Below are positions 1 through 11,426 of a DNA stretch of 64,000 nucleotides, in pieces; the stretch's first letter is position 1, and every line of letters starts with the position of its first letter. A model generated the notes under the pieces. The model was not told the origin of the DNA and did no database searches. It saw nothing but the letters and a program-made list of their open reading frames with translations. A program made the position numbers and the translations under genes. The stretch is from Oopsacas minuta. Taxonomy: Eukaryota; Animalia; Porifera. The stretch spans positions 1-64,000 of the forward strand of contig JAKMXF010000328.1 in the NCBI GenBank assembly GCA_024704765.1, read 5' to 3'.

Positions 1-189
1 AAAAATAACTGAAACTTAGGAAATAATTAAGTGATCAACTCTCTCTAAGTTTTGTTAGAAAGTTGAAATATGGTTCTATATAATTGCACTGAGAAATACA
101 AGCTTAGAACTGCTATTACATTAAAAATATAGGATGATTAGTATATATTGAATGCCCCTGTAGTAAGAATTTAGAAACCGACATGCTTA

Positions 190-864
190 AGGTAGAGCTT
201 GTTGGACTCTGTAAACAAGTTGGGTGGAGCGGGATACTTGTTTTGATAGCTTTATACTATGTATGAGTCATTGCGTGCATGTCTAGAAGCAATGCTGGAT
301 CCATCTAGTTATCCACAAATTTACGAGGATACCTGGAGTGGTCATTGGGATCAGGATACAAGATCTAGAACATAGGGGCTTTCCCAATCAGGAGTCATCA
401 GCAAATCAAGAGGCCTTTTCCTTCCAAACTGCAGAAAAAGGACCTGGATAGCTATCAGGTATATGCCATGATCGACCTGACAAAAGATCAAATGACTGCC
501 TTAAGGTATGATATTGAGGATGAGTGCAACAGCTGATATGAAGAAACTTTACACTTTACCTCGAAGGTTGGTATTATATCACTTCTCCTAGAGTTAGATT
601 TTCTCGACAAATATACGGAGTCAATGCTCCAAGCACATGTCCTAAAGAATATTACCTGCGAATTTGGGATTACCATTTGCTGACTATTTACTAGCTGAAT
701 TTAACAATGGAATCAATCCTAAGGACACTAAAGGCATTGAGATCCTTGCTGCATTGCTCCCCGGTGCAATCACATTAGGTGCTGTTCACTTAGAGACTGT
801 TGTAATTGGACTAATGTTTGGGAACCAGACCTGCCATTTGGTTCTTTACTTAGATCTGAAGTGA
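190..864 (+). pseudogene. Degraded hAT-family transposase fragment (PRKRIR/THAP12- or ZMYM1-like), probably running off the window start
   Basis: Frameshifted translation gives GLCK-TSWVERDTCFDSF (cf. hAT LCxTRWVER), MYESLRACLEAMLDP...WDQDTRSR and CPKEYYLRI/GLPFADYLLAEFNN (cf. PEEYYRR..IPFLDHLISEL). No TIR found. Confidence 0.55.
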
Positions 865-1286
865 AGGAATGGCGGGGCTATTCAATCCTACTAACCGCCT
901 TTTGATTCACTGTATTTGATTGCATGAAATTGATTCTCAAATTTCGAAAATTTTGGAATCTTTTTAATACTTCATGCACGAAGTGCCGAAAGAAAAAAAC
1001 AAAAACTAGGTAGAATATCCAGTATCGCCACACAAAGTAATATAATAATCCTAAAAATGGGCAATTGAAATACCTTCATCTTGTTTCTGCTAGTATTTAA
1101 TTTAAAGGCACACAGTGTTGAGTATATTCCGTAAGTAAGATCCATAGCTCTAAGAAATTTAGCTTATTCATCCTTCTGGCAAACAAGATGCATGAAATGT
1201 TGAGCATTCATCCATTGCGCAACGAACTAGTAAAGAAACAGACTAGATAAGATTATGTATCTATTAAAAGTATGCATATCTGTGAA

Positions 1287-3321
1287 GGGATATAGACTTT
1301 TCGTGACAAGATGGGTATATTTACACACATGGATACAAGTAATAATTTAATATTCAATAAATTTTGTGGTTACCTTAACAAGAGTAAATGTTAAAGTAAA
1401 ATTAAGGAACTTTTAATCATGAAAGTAAAATGTTAGGAAACTCCTCTTAAGTATCCAAACTTTGGGAGCAGTAAGGATTTCTGGACTAAATTTTGTAATG
1501 CTTTTCTCTTTCTCCAATATATTTGCGTTTCAAAGAATTCCGCTAGTCTATATAAAAACCTTGTATTACTTTAACAAACCCTTGTTCTCTATTAAGTATC
1601 GTTGGAAAACGTCATATAGTTGGATGATGGTAAGACAAGTGACAAGTAAATGAACGGTGCATTGACTCAAATGCATTATTTTTTCTCGGCAACCCATTCT
1701 GAAACATGAAGTGGTTGTTCCATATTCCCATTGGAAATATGAGTGAGGACATAAGGGGAGAATTAGCGATATGTCTACCAATATAAGTAGATAAAGTATA
1801 ATGCCAGATCGTAAGCTTCCACAGGTAGTTGTAAGAAAAGGCTTTTGAAAAGTTCAGGTATCTCAGTAGGAGTTGCGAACATAAGTGCATGAGGCATTCG
1901 CACTTCATTGCAAATTCGACGTCTTGCATATATCTTGCTGCAAGTTCTAATTGTTGAACTATATGCTTGACATTTTGACATAGATGAAAGAAGCAGCCTT
2001 GAACCTTTGTAGTTAGGAAGTAGTGTGAAAATGCATTAATGGAGGCTATTTCAAAATCCACAATTAGATCTGTTTGGAAACCGGTTGAACATAAATCATG
2101 CAATTTGTTACACATGTTTGCATATGTTTATTGCGCCGTATTTGCTAGTAATAGGCATAAACATGAGAAAATATGACCAGTGAATATCAGATCCAGCCAT
2201 CTTTCATACAATGTATCAAGTAGAGTTGAGAAAACAAGCTGGGAAAGTTTTTGAAGGTGCTATCTACTAACCAGACAGTTGCAGATGAGAGTAAATCCAC
2301 ATTAGCATGAGTTCGGAAGATTAATATCCTCTCATTTTCACTTTGCGAGCCAGAATGGTAGAGCAAAATTGTTAGCCCTTTTGTTATAGTATAACATTCT
2401 GGTATTTCAAAATACTGTCGAAATAGTGGTTCAAGCGGAACGTTTTCGGCTTTATTTCTACTTATCACTATTGTTTTCTTCAAGCTAGTTAATTTGGGTA
2501 GATGTACAGAAGATTTCTCATTCAATTCGCCAATAGAAGCTGAAAAATTTAATACATTGCTTCCAGGCTTTCAGAATCTTTGCGTGTCATTCCAGCTTTA
2601 CCTTGATTGTTGTAGAATAAAAAAATTACTCTCGCGAGGATGAATACTCTTTCGGCTATTACTTCATTCCCCTTAATGTGCAACCTTGCTTGGTAGAAAT
2701 TTCTGTGAACACGCTGCCATTGTGTGACAACCCCTGTAATACGGTGTTTCGTATCAGAAAACCGCCATCTAATAACATAAATCCACCCTTTGATGCTTCA
2801 CAGAGTGCTAGTTCACTAGGAGTAGGAGTAGGATTACCTATGTAGCCATCCAGCTCATCATACTCTTCATCGCCTAGAGATTCGTGTAAAAGTGAAGCAT
2901 TAGGTTTGGAGGAATGTCCTGGCGAAAATGTATCCGATAAATTGACGAGTTTGACATTTTCGGGGGAATCTGAAACACTGATAATGGGCCTGGAGTTAAC
3001 TCATATATGTCACTCGAACCATAGCCTATGATATATCGACTACATGATCTTCTCTTGTTAATTGTTACACGTAGGCCGGATTTTGTATAACTCAGAAAAT
3101 AAAAGAATTCTCTTACTTGAAAGAATAATAAATAAATTTAGTGATATGAAATTTTACACTCCCTATATACACCTCCTATTTATAGAAAATTGTAAGGTTG
3201 ATGCAGTAACAACTACAATTATTGAATATAAAATTATTACCTGTACCCATGTGCAAGCATACTCGTTTTGTTACGAAAAGTCTGATCACAAAAAGTGTCT
3301 GTCACGAAAAGTCTATATCCT
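1287..3321 (-). mobile_element. Mutator-like (MULE) DNA transposon with degraded FLYWCH + MULE transposase
   Basis: 21-bp perfect inverted match GGATATAGACTTTTCGTGACA (1288-1308) / 3300-3320, extending imperfectly to about 85-115 bp. 9-bp TSD ATCTGTGAA (1278-1286) / ATCTATGAA (3322-3330). ORF fragments 2187-2525 (WLVDSTFK..FSQLYLIH), 1612-2115 (IVDFEIASINAF, GCFFHLCQ) and 1566-1781 (RKNNAFESMH) match MULE motifs; FLYWCH-like remnant at about 2600-2800. Confidence 0.92.
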
Positions 3322-4139
3322 ATCTATGAATACCACTTTCTGGCAAGTTTTCGAAATATATCGTATTAATAGAAATATATAACACTGAAATCAACTAAGA
3401 CAATTAGAAAAAGCTAGGCACTCAAATTCCACAAAGGTACAAACCAAGAAAAGACTAGGGTATCCATCTAACAAGTTACTTTACAAATCTATATGATTTG
3501 GAAATACGTTTGATGTGAAGAATATCGAATCTAATCAATAGCTCCAGGTAAAAGTACACAAATTTATTAAAATATATCAATTAACAGAAATAATGTGGGG
3601 AGAGTAATGAAGAATAGAATTCGTTCATAACATTGAATGTTCTCAAATATTTTGATTGAATGAAGAGTAGTGAGGAAGTCTTTGATTATATATTTGATTC
3701 CCTTCAAAATGCATCATACTAGGAGCCTAAAGACAAAAATAATAATCGTCAATCGAAAATAAGGCAATTTGTATACACAGAAGTAAATATGATTTCTATA
3801 AAACAAACAAAGTTCAGACAATTATGCTCAATAATTTATACTATCGTAAAAAATATGGGTACTAAGTTGGACCAATACTCGAGTGTTCCGAATAGATTGG
3901 ATTATATACAAATCTACATTAGATATACATATATTCCACTGAATCGAGATAGTTCAAAAGCATAAAGTAAAAACGTGGTTGGATATAATTCAGAGTGAAT
4001 TTTCGGAATAGAATAAACTGAGTTGGAAGAAATTGGATAAATTTCTAGCATGGGCCGTTATTCGAAAACCTGGAGTAAGTACAATCTATTCTTATGAAAA
4101 CGCATGTTTGTGTGACAGTAATTGATTGAAGAAACTGGA

Positions 4140-4672
4140 GGAGTCCCAGGGCTGATTTTGGATACAGGGTATTTCGGCCTGGCTCGGAGAATTTTGAGTT
4201 TTGGGCGAAAAGTCATACCTTTTACGAAATTATGCCGTCATTTCACCTCCCAGGATTTTGAAAAATCACATTATTTATCACTGCTCAGCCAATATAAATG
4301 ATAGAAGTTTGAAACTTGAATCACAGGTACCCCTCAATATGTCACATATACTGATGTCATGATGTGTACAAAGAAATCAAAATTTCCAAATGTAGAAAAT
4401 TTCAGAGTGTCTGAATATCTGATGCAAAATATTCTGATATTACTAACAAAAGCGAGATAGCATCTCCAGTGTCACCACAGAAAGCCATTCAATCAAATTT
4501 AGATGGACCATGAATAATACAACCTCAAAATTCTTCTGTGAATTCGAGGCACGTGTACCGTAATACCGGTCGCGTAGCGACACAAACATCAAGTAGTTTA
4601 GCTGTTCAATACTTAAGCCAACCTGTAACACTAAGCTACCGGGCAGCGACCTAGCAAGCGAAGCGAGCTAGT
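4140..4672 (+). repeat. Non-autonomous Helitron-like repeat, copy 1 (3' end ...GCGAAGCGAGCTAG|T)
   Basis: Ends in CTAG (4668-4671) followed by T, with a GCGAAGC mini-hairpin just upstream. The same sequence blocks recur at about 27105-28410, 46900-47209 and 60040-60420. 5' boundary approximate. Confidence 0.6.
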
Positions 4673-5360
4673 ATATAAATAATCCTAATGATAAGATGAA
4701 ATATACAAAGTAATAATAGAAAATTAGGAAGTGGACAAACTGGGAGTGGAGCTCAGGATTCTGGCTGATAAAAAATGATCATGATTAACCATATGATAAA
4801 TCACAGAGGCTTTGTTTTTGTAATGCTAAAATGAAATTTACATTTATTACCACAAATAACAGTTGAAACGAAATTCCAAGCATCACTTATAGAAATATAT
4901 ACAATATAAAGTACGAATATGATTAAGGGATGTGTATACAATAGAGACCTAGTAAGTATTCCAGTGATCGGATATTTTTGAAAATTTCACTACGCTTCTG
5001 GGTCATCGTGTAGATAGGGGAAAAGGAATAAAATAGGAAAAAAGATAAAAATTTAGGTGCCTCTGTCATGATACATTAGTGGAATATTTTGATGAGCTGT
5101 ATTTTTGGAGAACATTTTTGAATACCTTAGCAATACCTCATCCACTTTGATGATTATCCAAAATTAGTCCAAATTGAGCCTAAATAGTGAAATAGGTTGG
5201 TAGCCAAATGTCATTGTCTGCCATGTCGGTTGGTTGTGTCTCAAATTGACCTTAAATAATTTACCAATCAAATATGTTTGACACTGTGTTTCTTAGTTAA
5301 CTAAAACAAGATATTTATTGCGAATATCCACAGCGACTATAGATAATAAATATTTGCAGA

Positions 5361-5700
5361 TTTGGGATACCAAAGGATTTGTACTACCAACGGATACTTA
5401 CTACAAAAAAGTAATACTTTTATGCGATTTTTGAAATTTACAACCTCTTATTGCAGTTGTCGTATTTCTGTAAACGAAATATTTAAGATGTTAATGAAAA
5501 TAATTTGAGTTACCACAGGTTTCTATTACCAACGGAATCTTACTAGCAAAGAAATAAGACTTTTAAGCAGTTCTTAGAAATTAACCTTGTGCTTTTTGGT
5601 AATTATCGTATTTTCTTTGAACTATTTGTTTACGTGTTGTGTTGTATGATAATTATTTGAGTTACCAACGAGTTTCAACTACCAACTGATTCTTATAAAC
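5361..5700. repeat. Degenerate tandem repeat, period about 143-152 bp, about 2.3 copies
   Basis: Unit starts TTTG(G/A)G(A/T)TACC...TACCAAC(G/T)GA..CTTA recur at 5361, 5504 and 5656. Confidence 0.65.
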
Positions 5701-6479
5701 TTGTCAAATACTCACAGAATCATATTAAGTAATGTCACTGATTTCAGTAATACAGGTGATAAGAATCCGTCGAAACGGGTCTATACAAGATCCATATTAG
5801 CCACACTTGCTGTTTCAGCATTGACACCACTTCTTCCTCCTACTTTGCTATCTCGTCAAGATTCTTAGGATATGGAGTTTTTAGACTAACTGAAATCTTC
5901 TGTTGATCAATCAAGTATACTTATGGAGAGATTACGAAAGTTGCTCTCCCCTGCAATCAGGAATTATACTAGGAAATATTTAGAATTTTTATGACTTATT
6001 TTTTAGAATGTTTACTTCGGTATTTACCAGGAGGTAGGTATTGGTGAACAAACTATCCCCAAGATGGTGGGACGTAACTGTTGAGTTTCAAACCATATAA
6101 TTTGGGTACAAGAAAAATATGCTAATCAAGCTAGTTTTAGCGACAGAGAGTATAATTCTAAAGGCTTAGCTGGCTCTCTTACTCCTATACGGGATAGATC
6201 ACCTGATTATTCCCTGCTCATTCCAACATAAAATCATTTCCTGTAGATCCATACAATTGACACCACCACCAGGCTTTTCAGATGAAAGTGATTTTCTCCA
6301 CAACAGGCTTATAGTAGCACAAGATTATACACCAGATTTTACTGTCTGTGAGTCTGACGTAAGTATATTTCTAGTTAGTTCAGAGTCTTACGATTTAGGT
6401 CTAAAAGTAGAAGTATATTCTGATAGTATATATAATAGCAAATTTACCAAGACTTTCATTTAAAAATGAAAAGAGAATC

Positions 6480-8800
6480 TCTTAATCTAAAGCACAATCT
6501 ACTGTGAGGGTGAATCGAGTCGAAGACCTCGCGACTGCTTTGAGTGAATTATCGAAGAACAATACTCTAGTTCCTGACACTGCAATTCAAGCTTTCATTG
6601 TAGTATTTAAATTTTATCATATTTTAAGTTTAAGTCTGAAAGTATGAATCAGTGATTATTATATTCCATAGGCTATCCTCCGTATTGAATTTCCTCCTAC
6701 TCTTGGTATACAGAATATTGTTGAAGGACATTTTCTTCATAAACCTCACCCACATATAGTATACAAATATACAATAAGATCTGTAGAGAACATTGGTTAC
6801 TTTCTTATGAGGAAAAGAAGGTACTTATAATAAATTATATTCACTATTTGAAAAGATAAGACAACAGGTGGATATTCAGTTAACACAGGTTTACCCTCAG
6901 AAATATTGTTTAAATATGTTTGGCGAAAGTTCAACAACGAGCCGTCAGATTTTGGATAGTTTGCTACTGCTGTTGGCACAGCTCTTGTATTCAAAATCAA
7001 ACCTTAACCAGTTTAAACTTCCTTGGTTGGAATGTTTCGCATTGAGTATGGGGGGTACGTTTATAGTTAGTAGAAACCTGTCAATCTAAAATTGTCTTTC
7101 GGAGGTGTTTAGGACCCCATAAAAAACAATAGATACATAAATAATGTATTCATATGAATACGAATTCTTAACTTAATGAACATGGATTGTGAAGGTTACA
7201 AGCATTAACGCAAGTAGATTACGTATTTAGGCGGAATGATAAAATACCGTATCAAGATGTTGCAAATTGGAACTGTTGATTCCCTAACGTGAGTATCTTA
7301 CAGGCAGAACATCTACAATGACAATAAGACATCGTTACCATTCCTGGGGTCAAGATCATATCCTATGGGTAACCTTTCTTACATCTTTGTTAATCCATTC
7401 TATTGTCAAGATGATAATTCGGTAATCTATATAAATGTATTAAAAAGTGATGCCATAATAATATCAATACATATATCTGATATTTCATGGAATTCTAGTT
7501 CTGAGTACAAATGTTCAGCGTAGCTTATCCAAGATTTTCAATAGTAAGCTCAAAGCTAAAGTGCGAAGGCTTATCATCTCTGAGGGCATTAGATGAAATT
7601 GATATGATCAAAATAATATTTTGTAGTTGACCATGTTTCCTATAAAACACGGGAAACAGGGTGATAAATTGATTACTATGAGCAACTATTAGTCATACAA
7701 TATAGAAATCTGAAAAATTCCAGACCTAAGTTAAATTAAGATAGAAATTCAAGAATTGAAGTAACTTTGGGATAAGGAGTCTATAGATCATACTTTTCTC
7801 AATTGTATACACTAGTCGAACTGTTGGCAAAATATTCAAGAAAGAACTATGGTCTGGGTCAAACATTACAATGCCAAATGCTTGTAGAGATAGCCTATTT
7901 TTGCGTGATGTTGGACTGTTTACCGCAGCCTGCTACTTGGAATCCAGACGATCTTCTATCGATATGGTTGCTATCATTAAATCTGCATTCGATACATGTT
8001 GATTAGGAATTTCTAAATTTGTGCCAAGAGTAATTCCATAAAAAATGACAGCCTCCAGTGTATTTATACGAATAGGACATGCAAAATTTCGAGAGTTGTC
8101 AACAGCATTAAGTCCAAGGAAATCACTCCAAGCTAAATGGATATTATGATACTTGAAAAAGTCGGTCTTTCCCATTCTATTAATATAATTGTTTTTCGCA
8201 CTATTATGGAATAAAGATTATATTTTATAGATAGTAATACAAATAAATTAAATAGAAGGCGTACATCAGACTGATAATCTTACTCACATTCAAATGGGCC
8301 ATTACAAATCGATGTAGAGAGAAAATATGTGGTGAGAACTATATAATAATACAGCGTTAGAGATTACTTCGCTCTCTATCTAAACAATAATTCCCTTTCG
8401 ATGAGAGAGTTCTTGCTTACAAAATTGTAACCATTGTTACAATAAGTCTTTCCAGATTTCAGGTATTCGTGAACGTTGGTCCATTGGGTAACTGACTACA
8501 ATATGTTTGATCTATTTCTGCAGTGAATGTGGATGAGTGTGTTTGTTACAGTATTGATTACCAATGGATGATATTACTGTGTTTATTCGGCAATAATGTC
8601 AGTTGATACTCACTCATAGTTTTCTTTCCTGGGTAGAACCTGTATAATCAATGCAATAATAAGTGAATCCTAGATGATTCAAAGTAAATCGATTCTTGGT
8701 TTAGAACAGATAAGAACTTCATTGAAAATTCATGAAGATTACGATATCTTATACTTAGGGGACAAGAAAAGAAGACATTGGTCATCTAAAGGAATTCAAA
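6480..8800 (-). pseudogene. Probable degraded KDZ (Kyakuja/Dileera/Zisupton)-like transposase, possibly intron-containing
   Basis: Minus-strand fragments occur in the expected order: WSDFLGL..RNFACPI..EAVIFYGITLG (ORF 7933-8175; cf. FxCPxC..VIxDGxxLG), LPNYHLD..RCKKGYP*DMILTPG (about 7420-7330; cf. CxKxY..LTPG), EV-MKK-CPSTIF (about 6735-6715, needs frameshifts) and FFDNSLKAVAR (about 6530; cf. FFxNTxFxVDR). Heavily decayed, no ends found. Confidence 0.45.
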
Positions 8801-9387
8801 AATTTGAAGTGTAGGCAATCATCTTATAAGCACTGATTACAAGGACCATTACTACATCTATCAATTTGTATACAAATAAGAAATGAACGACATGTCTAAA
8901 AGTATCCTACCACAATGCATTTGTTTGTTGGAAATAGATACTATTCTTGGAATGAGAGGCCCGTAAACACTTTGTGTCCCCTTGTCGCAGCTACGGGTAC
9001 CTCTTAAATTGTTATTGATTTACTATTGGTTACTGACATAAATATCAAACATTAATTGACTCAAATAGCTGTTTTATAGAGCAAATTACTCGCCAATTCT
9101 ATTATATGAAAATAAATACACGTATGTGAAGGTGACCAATAATTTGACTGTATTTCGCGTTGCCTCACGCTATTCGATCACCATAAATCACACATAATCG
9201 GGTTCCATTGGGCACGAACTGAAGGTACAATTTGGGTGCTTCAAACTGTGAATTGATAAATTTCAGTTATAATGAATTAATGTAAGGATAAGTTTTCGAA
9301 TATGTACAATTTATGTGAAAAATAATAGTCAAATTGTATTGGTCAATAATGACAAAAAGTAAAGACTAATAAACATAGCTACATATG

Positions 9388-10747
9388 CAGTGGGTTGAAA
9401 TTATTGGTATTAAACCAATTTTCATTATCATTTACAAATATTCTAAACCAACCATATTTAAGCCATCCAAGTTGTATCAACGTATAGTATACCCCACCTA
9501 AAATGTATAGATCTACTGAAAATCTGATATTTTGCACTATCTATCCCAAATGATCTTTGACATTCAATATGTGCTTATTATTTTGTTCACACATTTTAGA
9601 CCCATATTTTCTTACTTCAACTGACAATATTTTTCCGAAATTTTGGCATGAAGGCTCAGGAAAAGAATAGAATCAGGATAAAGGAACTCTTTGATGTTGG
9701 GATAACAAAAGTGACTGTAATATTGAAACGACTAGCTATACCAGAGCGGGCAGTACATCGTGTTTTGAAGTCTATTTCTGGCAAAAAAGGTTGATACATA
9801 AGAAAGGAGCAGGTCTGCCTAAAATATCATACAAGTCTGACAGGAATAAGGATTATGGCACTCGTTCCACAAAATCCAAGGATCACTCTGAATAAATGTC
9901 GAGCAAAATTGAGTACTCCAGGTGCCAAAAGCACACTATCGGAGGGAATGAAGACGAGAGGCTTACTATATCGCCACGCAGCAAGAATTCCCGCCTTGTG
10001 ACAACTCCACATTGCTAAACGAATAGAATATGTAAATGAATGAGGGTCAGAACTGGCCAGACGTGTTCATTACTGATGAATGCTCTATGTGGATGAATTC
10101 ACAGGCAAGATAGATGTATGTACAAAGAAAGGAAGCACATTAACATGCCAAATTTCAAACATCCATCGGAGCTCCATATTTGGGGTGGGCAAAACAACCT
10201 CGAAATTTCACTGAAAATTCAACCAAAATGATACAAAACAGTTCTAAATGCGTGGTTTATACAAGAAGCTAATGCTTTATACGGCAATCAATGGGTATTA
10301 CAGGAGGATAACAGTCCTATACATACAGGAAAAGCAGCAAAGGCTTGAAAACAGGAATTTGTCCCCCATCAGATCGATTGGCCTTCCAATAGCCCCGATC
10401 TAAACCCAATTGAGAATCTTCGGGGAGGGCTAAATAAAAGACTCCTCAAAAAGAGATTTACAAGCTCAAATGAGTTAAAGGAAGGTATTCTGAAGATATG
10501 GACACATTTGACTCTGAGTTTTTAAAGCCATTTTGTCTGTCAATGGACTAAAGAAATCGGTTATGCATCTAAAGTAGAGGTAAAAAGGATAAATCATTAA
10601 CTACATATTAGCTTCATATTGGTTACTCATGTATATCCTATTTTAGGGTGCACAGAATTATTAGAAATCATATAATTATTATCATTCCTAACATAGATAT
10701 TGAATGGACCCGAATCAAATCCACTACCACTAATTCCGAACGCACAG
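9388..10747 (+). mobile_element. Tc1-family (DD34E) element, decayed copy B of the family at 11427-12798
   Basis: Degenerate TIRs CAGTGGGTTGAAATTATTGG / ACTACCACTAATTCCGAACGCACAG, with TA on the right and TG on the left. The internal sequence aligns end to end with the reverse complement of 11427-12798 (e.g. ATGAAGGCTCAGGAAAAAGAATAGAATCAGG, QEDNSPIHTG, WPSNSPDLNPIE). Many stops and frameshifts. Confidence 0.9.
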
Positions 10748-11426
10748 TATATCCCTGCGGTATACACTAAAATTTAACTAGCAGGTGACAGCTTAGTGGT
10801 CCAGGTTAGCTTAAGTAGTAAACACCAAAACTTTATAATGTTATTGGTGAGCAGTGGCTAGAAGTGGGATTTTTCGAAATACGTAAGATGACAATGATGT
10901 CATACTTCGTCATTTGTGTGAATATTCGAGCCAAGACTCGAACATGTCCTTGCCAAGCCAAAACATCCCTGAGTGCCAAAAAACAGCCCTTGAGTCCTCG
11001 AATTAATTTAATCAATTCTGGACACACAAACATATTTTTGTATATATATGTTACAGTTAGATCATGAAATCAGTGATCTCACTAAAATTTTCAGGAAATT
11101 CATGTAATTGCTAATTCACCAGAAAGTTCACGTGTTTACTGAAATAATTAGGAAATTCACGAAATTCATAATTTATAGACCTAGTTATTCCATTAATTTA
11201 CTAAGTGAAATGCCAGAATTATCACAAAGCTCAATAAATGTGTGAAATAAATAACCCTTTGGAGCATTCTGCCGCCGTATTCACTAAGCATACTTAGTAC
11301 TTAAGTACTAAGTATGTACTTAGTTAAGTACGTACTTAAGTACTAAGTATGTACTTAGTTAAGTACGTACTTAAGTCGTATTCACTAAGAGTTAAGTACG
11401 TACTTAAGTATGTACTTAACTAAGTA

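Noticed and set aside
3062-3382. 106-aa plus-strand ORF
   Set aside because: It runs through the MULE right TIR and flank, has AT-rich low-information composition, and resembles no known protein.
6140-7430. Plus-strand exon-like pieces (e.g. TPPPGFSDESDFLHNRL|GTAAGT; AG|GCTATCCTCC...) as a host gene
   Set aside because: No coherent protein could be assembled and some pieces contain stops or frameshifts; the minus strand gives ordered KDZ-like motifs. Not fully excluded.
11280-11426. Palindromic TACTTAAGTA arrays as CRISPR, ncRNA or a stand-alone satellite
   Set aside because: They are mirrored at 15390-15500 and explained as Harbinger subterminal repeats.
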